Shown here: positions 28,767-32,000 of the stretch, piece by piece
How the letters are laid out: each line of letters opens with the position of its first letter
Position numbering within the stretch: position 1 is the stretch's first letter
NCBI RefSeq assembly: GCF_000018785.1
Contig: NC_010163.1
Coordinates: 390,001-422,000, forward strand
Length of the DNA stretch: 32,000 nt
From: Acholeplasma laidlawii PG-8A
Lineage (GTDB): Bacteria > Bacillota_I > Bacilli_A > Acholeplasmatales > Acholeplasmataceae
Direction of reading: 5' to 3'
Program-made: the position numbers and the translations under genes
The notes under the pieces: generated by a model
Seen by the model: only the letters and a program-made list of their open reading frames with translations
What the model was told of the DNA's origin: nothing
The model's database searches: none

Positions 28767-29468
28767 GTGATGTCTTTGAAAAAGTATTTTGTCTTTTCTG
28801 ATATTCATGGTAACTTAAGACCCTTAGTAGAAGCTTTACATAAAGCTGGTTTTGACATGGAAAATGAAAATCATATACTGTTATCTTTAGGTGATCATTT
28901 TGATCGTGGTGTAGAAAATTTAGAAGTATTAGGTTATTTAATGTATTTTAATAAACTAAATAGAATCATCATGATTAGAGGTAATCATGATGATTTCTTA
29001 CTAGATTTTTTAAAAGGAACTTCAGATGGTATATTTAATATCCAAAAAAATGGTTTTGGTAATACCTTAGCACAATTAGCCAGTAAAGATGCAACCACGA
29101 TACCTAAGATGAGAGATTCTATTAACGAAAGATTTCCAGATTTAATAGCACTTTTAGAATCCATGATACATGAGTTTCAGTTAGGTAAATATATATTTAC
29201 CCATGCCGGTTATGCCTATTGTAATAAACAAGGATGGTATCTATATAACTTTGCTTCTACACCTTACTTTTTAAAGCACTTTGACACAAAAGATAATTAT
29301 TATGTATTTGGTCATGCCCATGCAAGAGCCATGAATTATTATGAGTTAGGTGTTGAAAGTAATGATATCTTTGAAATGGATAATTTTATAGGTATTGATG
29401 CCAATACAGTATTAACTAAAGAAGTCCATATCTTAATTTTTGATGAAGAAGGAAATAGACTTTTATAA
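28767..29468 (+). CDS. Calcineurin-like metallophosphoesterase (Ser/Thr phosphatase-like)
   Basis: FVFSDIHGN, LGDHFDRG, IRGNHDDFL and YVFGHAHA metal-binding motifs. The exact start (28767/28770/28776) is uncertain. Confidence 0.88.
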   Translation: MMSLKKYFVFSDIHGNLRPLVEALHKAGFDMENENHILLSLGDHFDRGVENLEVLGYLMYFNKLNRIIMIRGNHDDFLLDFLKGTSDGIFNIQKNGFGNTLAQLASKDATTIPKMRDSINERFPDLIALLESMIHEFQLGKYIFTHAGYAYCNKQGWYLYNFASTPYFLKHFDTKDNYYVFGHAHARAMNYYELGVESNDIFEMDNFIGIDANTVLTKEVHILIFDEEGNRLL

Positions 29469-29491
29469 CATATAAATATTTGTATTTAATA

Positions 29492-29525
29492 AAAATCCGC
29501 TTAGGTTGTCCTAGGCGGATTTCTT
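29492..29525. terminator. Intrinsic terminator between convergent phosphatase and gpmI genes
   Basis: AAATCCGCTTAGG-ttgt-CCTAGGCGGATTTCTTT. Confidence 0.85.
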
Positions 29526-29547
29526 TATTTATATGTAGAAATACTAA

Positions 29548-31083
29548 TTATATTTTTTCGATTAATGATGTACCAGTCATTGCTTTAGGTTTTTCAATAC
29601 CTAGTAAATCTAATAATGTAGGTGCAACGTCACATAGTGCACCACTATTTAATTTAATACCTTTTTTAGTTACTACAACAGGTACTAAGTTTGTTGTATG
29701 TGCTGTATGTGGTTTACCTTCTTGATCACGCATTTGTTCTGCATTACCATGGTCAGCTAAGATGATTGCTACACCACCAAGTTCATTGATGATGAAGTCT
29801 GTAACTTTACCAACACACTCAACAGTTACTTCAACTGCCTTTTTAGTAGCTTCAATATTTCCTGTATGTCCTACCATATCAGGGTTTGCGAAGTTAAGAA
29901 TCATTGTTTGATATTCACCTGTTTTTAATGCTGCAATGACTTTATCAGTTAGTTCATATGCTGACATTTCAGGCTTTAGATCATAGGTTGGAACCTTTGG
30001 TGATTCGGCTAGAATTCTAGTTGAGTTTGCTAAAGGTACTTCTTTACCACCGTCAAAGAAGAAGGTAACGTGGGGGTATTTTTCAGTCTCAGCTGCACGG
30101 ATTTGTTTGAAACCATTTTTTTCAATAACTTCACCGTATAGATCATCAAAAGTTTGAAGTTCGAATGCTAAAGGACCTTTAACAGTTTCTTTATAATGCA
30201 TCATAGATACTAAGAAGATATTCTTTGGTGCTTTAGAAACATTTAACATTGGTTTACCTTCTGTGTAAATTGTTTTAGCAGCACTTGGATTAGATAATGC
30301 AGTGGCAATACGAATTGCTCTGTCAGGTCTAAAGTTTGCAAAGATGACAGCATCATCGTTTTCGATTAAACCTTTGTCGTTTACGATAAATGGTTTAATG
30401 AATTCATCTTGAATACCACTCTTATAACTTGATTCAATACCGTCTAGTGCACTATTAAAGTGTGGGCCATCGCCTAATGTCATTGCATCAAATGCTAATT
30501 GAACACGGTCCCAGTTGTTGTCTCTATCCATTGCATAGAATCTACCTGAAACTGTTGCTACATTAAAACCATAATCTACTAAAGTTTTAACGAAACCATA
30601 ACCAGATTCTTGTGGCGTATCACGGCCATCAGTGAATACATGTAGGTAAGTTCTGTCTAAGATGTTTTGTTGTTTAGCAAAATCGTATAATGCTAAATAG
30701 TGTCCCATTTGGGCATGTACACCACCATCAGAAACTAGACCCATAATGTGTAGTTTAGAATTATGTTTCTTAGCATGTGCTACTGCATCTAAAAATGCTT
30801 GATTCTTAAAAAAGGAACCATCTTTAATAGCAACATTAATTCTAGAAAGTGATTGCCAAACAATACGTCCAGCACCTAGGTTTAAGTGACCTACTTCACT
30901 ATTACCCATTTGACCTTCTGGTAATCCAACTGCCTCACCAGATGTTACTAGTGTGCTATTTGGATATTCTTTAAGTAAGTTGTCTAAATATGTTGTATCT
31001 GCAAGTGTTACAGAGTTTGAATCAGATGCTGGAGCTATACCAAGACCATCCATGATAATTAAAGCTGCAAATTTTTCTTTCAT
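29548..31083 (-). CDS. gpmI: 2,3-bisphosphoglycerate-independent phosphoglycerate mutase
   Basis: LIIMDGLGIAP...GQMGNSEVGHLNLGAGRIV...HVFTDGRDTPQESG...ILADHGNAEQM...HTTNLVPV. Confidence 0.97.
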   Translation of the reverse strand: MKEKFAALIIMDGLGIAPASDSNSVTLADTTYLDNLLKEYPNSTLVTSGEAVGLPEGQMGNSEVGHLNLGAGRIVWQSLSRINVAIKDGSFFKNQAFLDAVAHAKKHNSKLHIMGLVSDGGVHAQMGHYLALYDFAKQQNILDRTYLHVFTDGRDTPQESGYGFVKTLVDYGFNVATVSGRFYAMDRDNNWDRVQLAFDAMTLGDGPHFNSALDGIESSYKSGIQDEFIKPFIVNDKGLIENDDAVIFANFRPDRAIRIATALSNPSAAKTIYTEGKPMLNVSKAPKNIFLVSMMHYKETVKGPLAFELQTFDDLYGEVIEKNGFKQIRAAETEKYPHVTFFFDGGKEVPLANSTRILAESPKVPTYDLKPEMSAYELTDKVIAALKTGEYQTMILNFANPDMVGHTGNIEATKKAVEVTVECVGKVTDFIINELGGVAIILADHGNAEQMRDQEGKPHTAHTTNLVPVVVTKKGIKLNSGALCDVAPTLLDLLGIEKPKAMTGTSLIEKI

Positions 31084-31305
31084 ATATATACCTCGTTTCT
31101 ATTTCATTAGTATTATACTATACTTTGTAAAACGTTTAATTATTTTATATATATGAAAGGGCATACATTTTAAAAATAAAAAAAATATGTTAAAAATGAG
31201 CATATCTTAGGTGTTAAAACATAATATGATTAGATTGAACAAATCCCATAATTAATATACTTAAACCCATATTTACATTTAGAAATGTTTTAAATTATCG
31301 TTTCT

Positions 31306-31335
31306 TTGGTATATATTTGTGTAAGATGATATAAT
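31306..31335 (+). promoter_or_regulatory. Putative promoter TTGGTA-N18-TATAAT for ribU
   Basis: Hexamers read directly upstream of the riboswitch. Confidence 0.55.
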
Positions 31336-31356
31336 TTTTACGAATCCAATTAAATC

Positions 31357-31471
31357 ATCTTCGGGGCGAGGCGCAATTCCTCACCGGCAGTTAAAGTCTG
31401 CGAGCAAATTTTACATTTGCAGGATCCTGTGTAATTCAGGTACCGACAGTATAGTCTGGATGAGAGAAGAA
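31357..31471 (+). ncRNA. FMN riboswitch (RFN element)
   Basis: ATCTTCGGGGCgaggcgcaattCCTCACCGGCAGT...GTCTGCGAGC...GGATCCTGTG...CAGGTACCGACAGTATAGTCTGGATGAGAGAAGA matches conserved RFN segments. Confidence 0.95.
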
Positions 31472-31497
31472 AATTATTCCTTTTTTAGGTATTTTTG

Positions 31498-31531
31498 GTT
31501 ACCCGAACTTTATTTTGTTGGGTAACTTTTT
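31498..31531 (+). terminator. Riboswitch-controlled intrinsic terminator
   Basis: GTTACCC - 15-nt loop - GGGTAAC followed by TTTTT, between the RFN element and the RBS of ribU. Confidence 0.8.
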
Positions 31532-31552
31532 ATTTATTAAGGAGGTTGCCAC

Positions 31553-32000
31553 ATGCAACAAATTATAGAGTTTCTACAAAACAATATGCAAATTATAGAG
31601 ATAAGTTTAATTACTATCTTTGCGATTGCATTAATCATCTTATTTATCTTCGCTTTTAGAGTAGAAGGTAAAATCGAAAGTCATACTAAGAGAGTGAAAA
31701 AAATGGTTACCATATCCATTTTATCTGCTATCAGTGTGATACTTTATTATTTCATAAAGTTCCCGCTGGGCTGGATCATACCATTTATTCCACAATTTTT
31801 GGATATTCAATTCTCGGCAGTACCAATTTATATTGGTGGATTTATGTTTGGTCCAATTAGTGGTAGTATAATTGCTATTATTAGGTTCATTGTAAAATTA
31901 CCTGGATCCTCCACACTTGGTACAGGAGAATTAGCTGACTTACTTATTGGACTTGCTACTGTATTAGTATCTTCAATCATGTATCATAGAAATAAGACAA
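31553..32000 (+). CDS. ribU: Riboflavin ECF transporter S component RibU, 3' end truncated by window
   Basis: Strong SD AAGGAGG before the ATG at 31553. Translation MQQIIEFLQNN...KKMVTISILSAISVILYYFIKFPLGWIIPFIPQFLDIQFSAVPIYIGGFMFGPISGSIIAIIRFIVKLP..., downstream of an FMN riboswitch. Confidence 0.9.
   Translation, partial: MQQIIEFLQNNMQIIEISLITIFAIALIILFIFAFRVEGKIESHTKRVKKMVTISILSAISVILYYFIKFPLGWIIPFIPQFLDIQFSAVPIYIGGFMFGPISGSIIAIIRFIVKLPGSSTLGTGELADLLIGLATVLVSSIMYHRNKT

Noticed and set aside
1-32000. Possible Mycoplasma-type genetic code (TGA = Trp)
   Set aside because: TGA acts as the natural stop for ruvB (571-573), parE (8589-8591) and the sigma factor gene (22261-22263), and Trp codons in conserved proteins are TGG.
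1-32000. CRISPR arrays, prophage, transposons or defence islands
   Set aside because: No tandem repeat-spacer structure, transposase, integrase or known defence protein was seen. Gene content is mainly housekeeping and metabolic.

Overview
This is a low-GC, gene-dense bacterial chromosome segment. It reads with the standard bacterial code (TGA is a stop, e.g. 571-573 and 8589-8591). Gene content resembles Acholeplasma-like Mollicutes or a close Firmicutes relative; that assignment is inference. The window carries a ruvB 3' end, queA, uppP, an EIIB-like/HPr/DUF368/trmB/M42 peptidase/aldo-keto reductase cluster, parE-parC, a TGS-uridine kinase fusion, a degenerate Fic-like protein, degV, a BMP-NupOPQ-type nucleoside ABC transporter whose ATPase has an in-frame stop, and a deoxynucleoside kinase. 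It continues with a sigma factor/anti-sigma/RsgI-like module, a glycine cleavage operon (gcvT-H-PA-PB), a metallophosphatase, gpmI, and an FMN riboswitch upstream of ribU (truncated by the window end). The most interesting candidate is the sigma factor module at 21.7-24.3 kb. An ECF-like sigma factor and a membrane-anchored putative anti-sigma factor are followed by a separately encoded secreted protein with an RsgI-like 'DINPSVEL' domain. Both transcription units begin with the same two-block promoter at identical 12-nt spacing. Other notable items are the single-codon disruption of the transporter ATPase, a membrane-tethered EIIB-like domain lacking the catalytic Cys and coupled to HPr, two undecaprenyl-phosphate carrier-cycle genes in a possibly wall-less lineage, and several strong inverted repeats. 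No CRISPR, tRNA, rRNA or mobile element was recognised.
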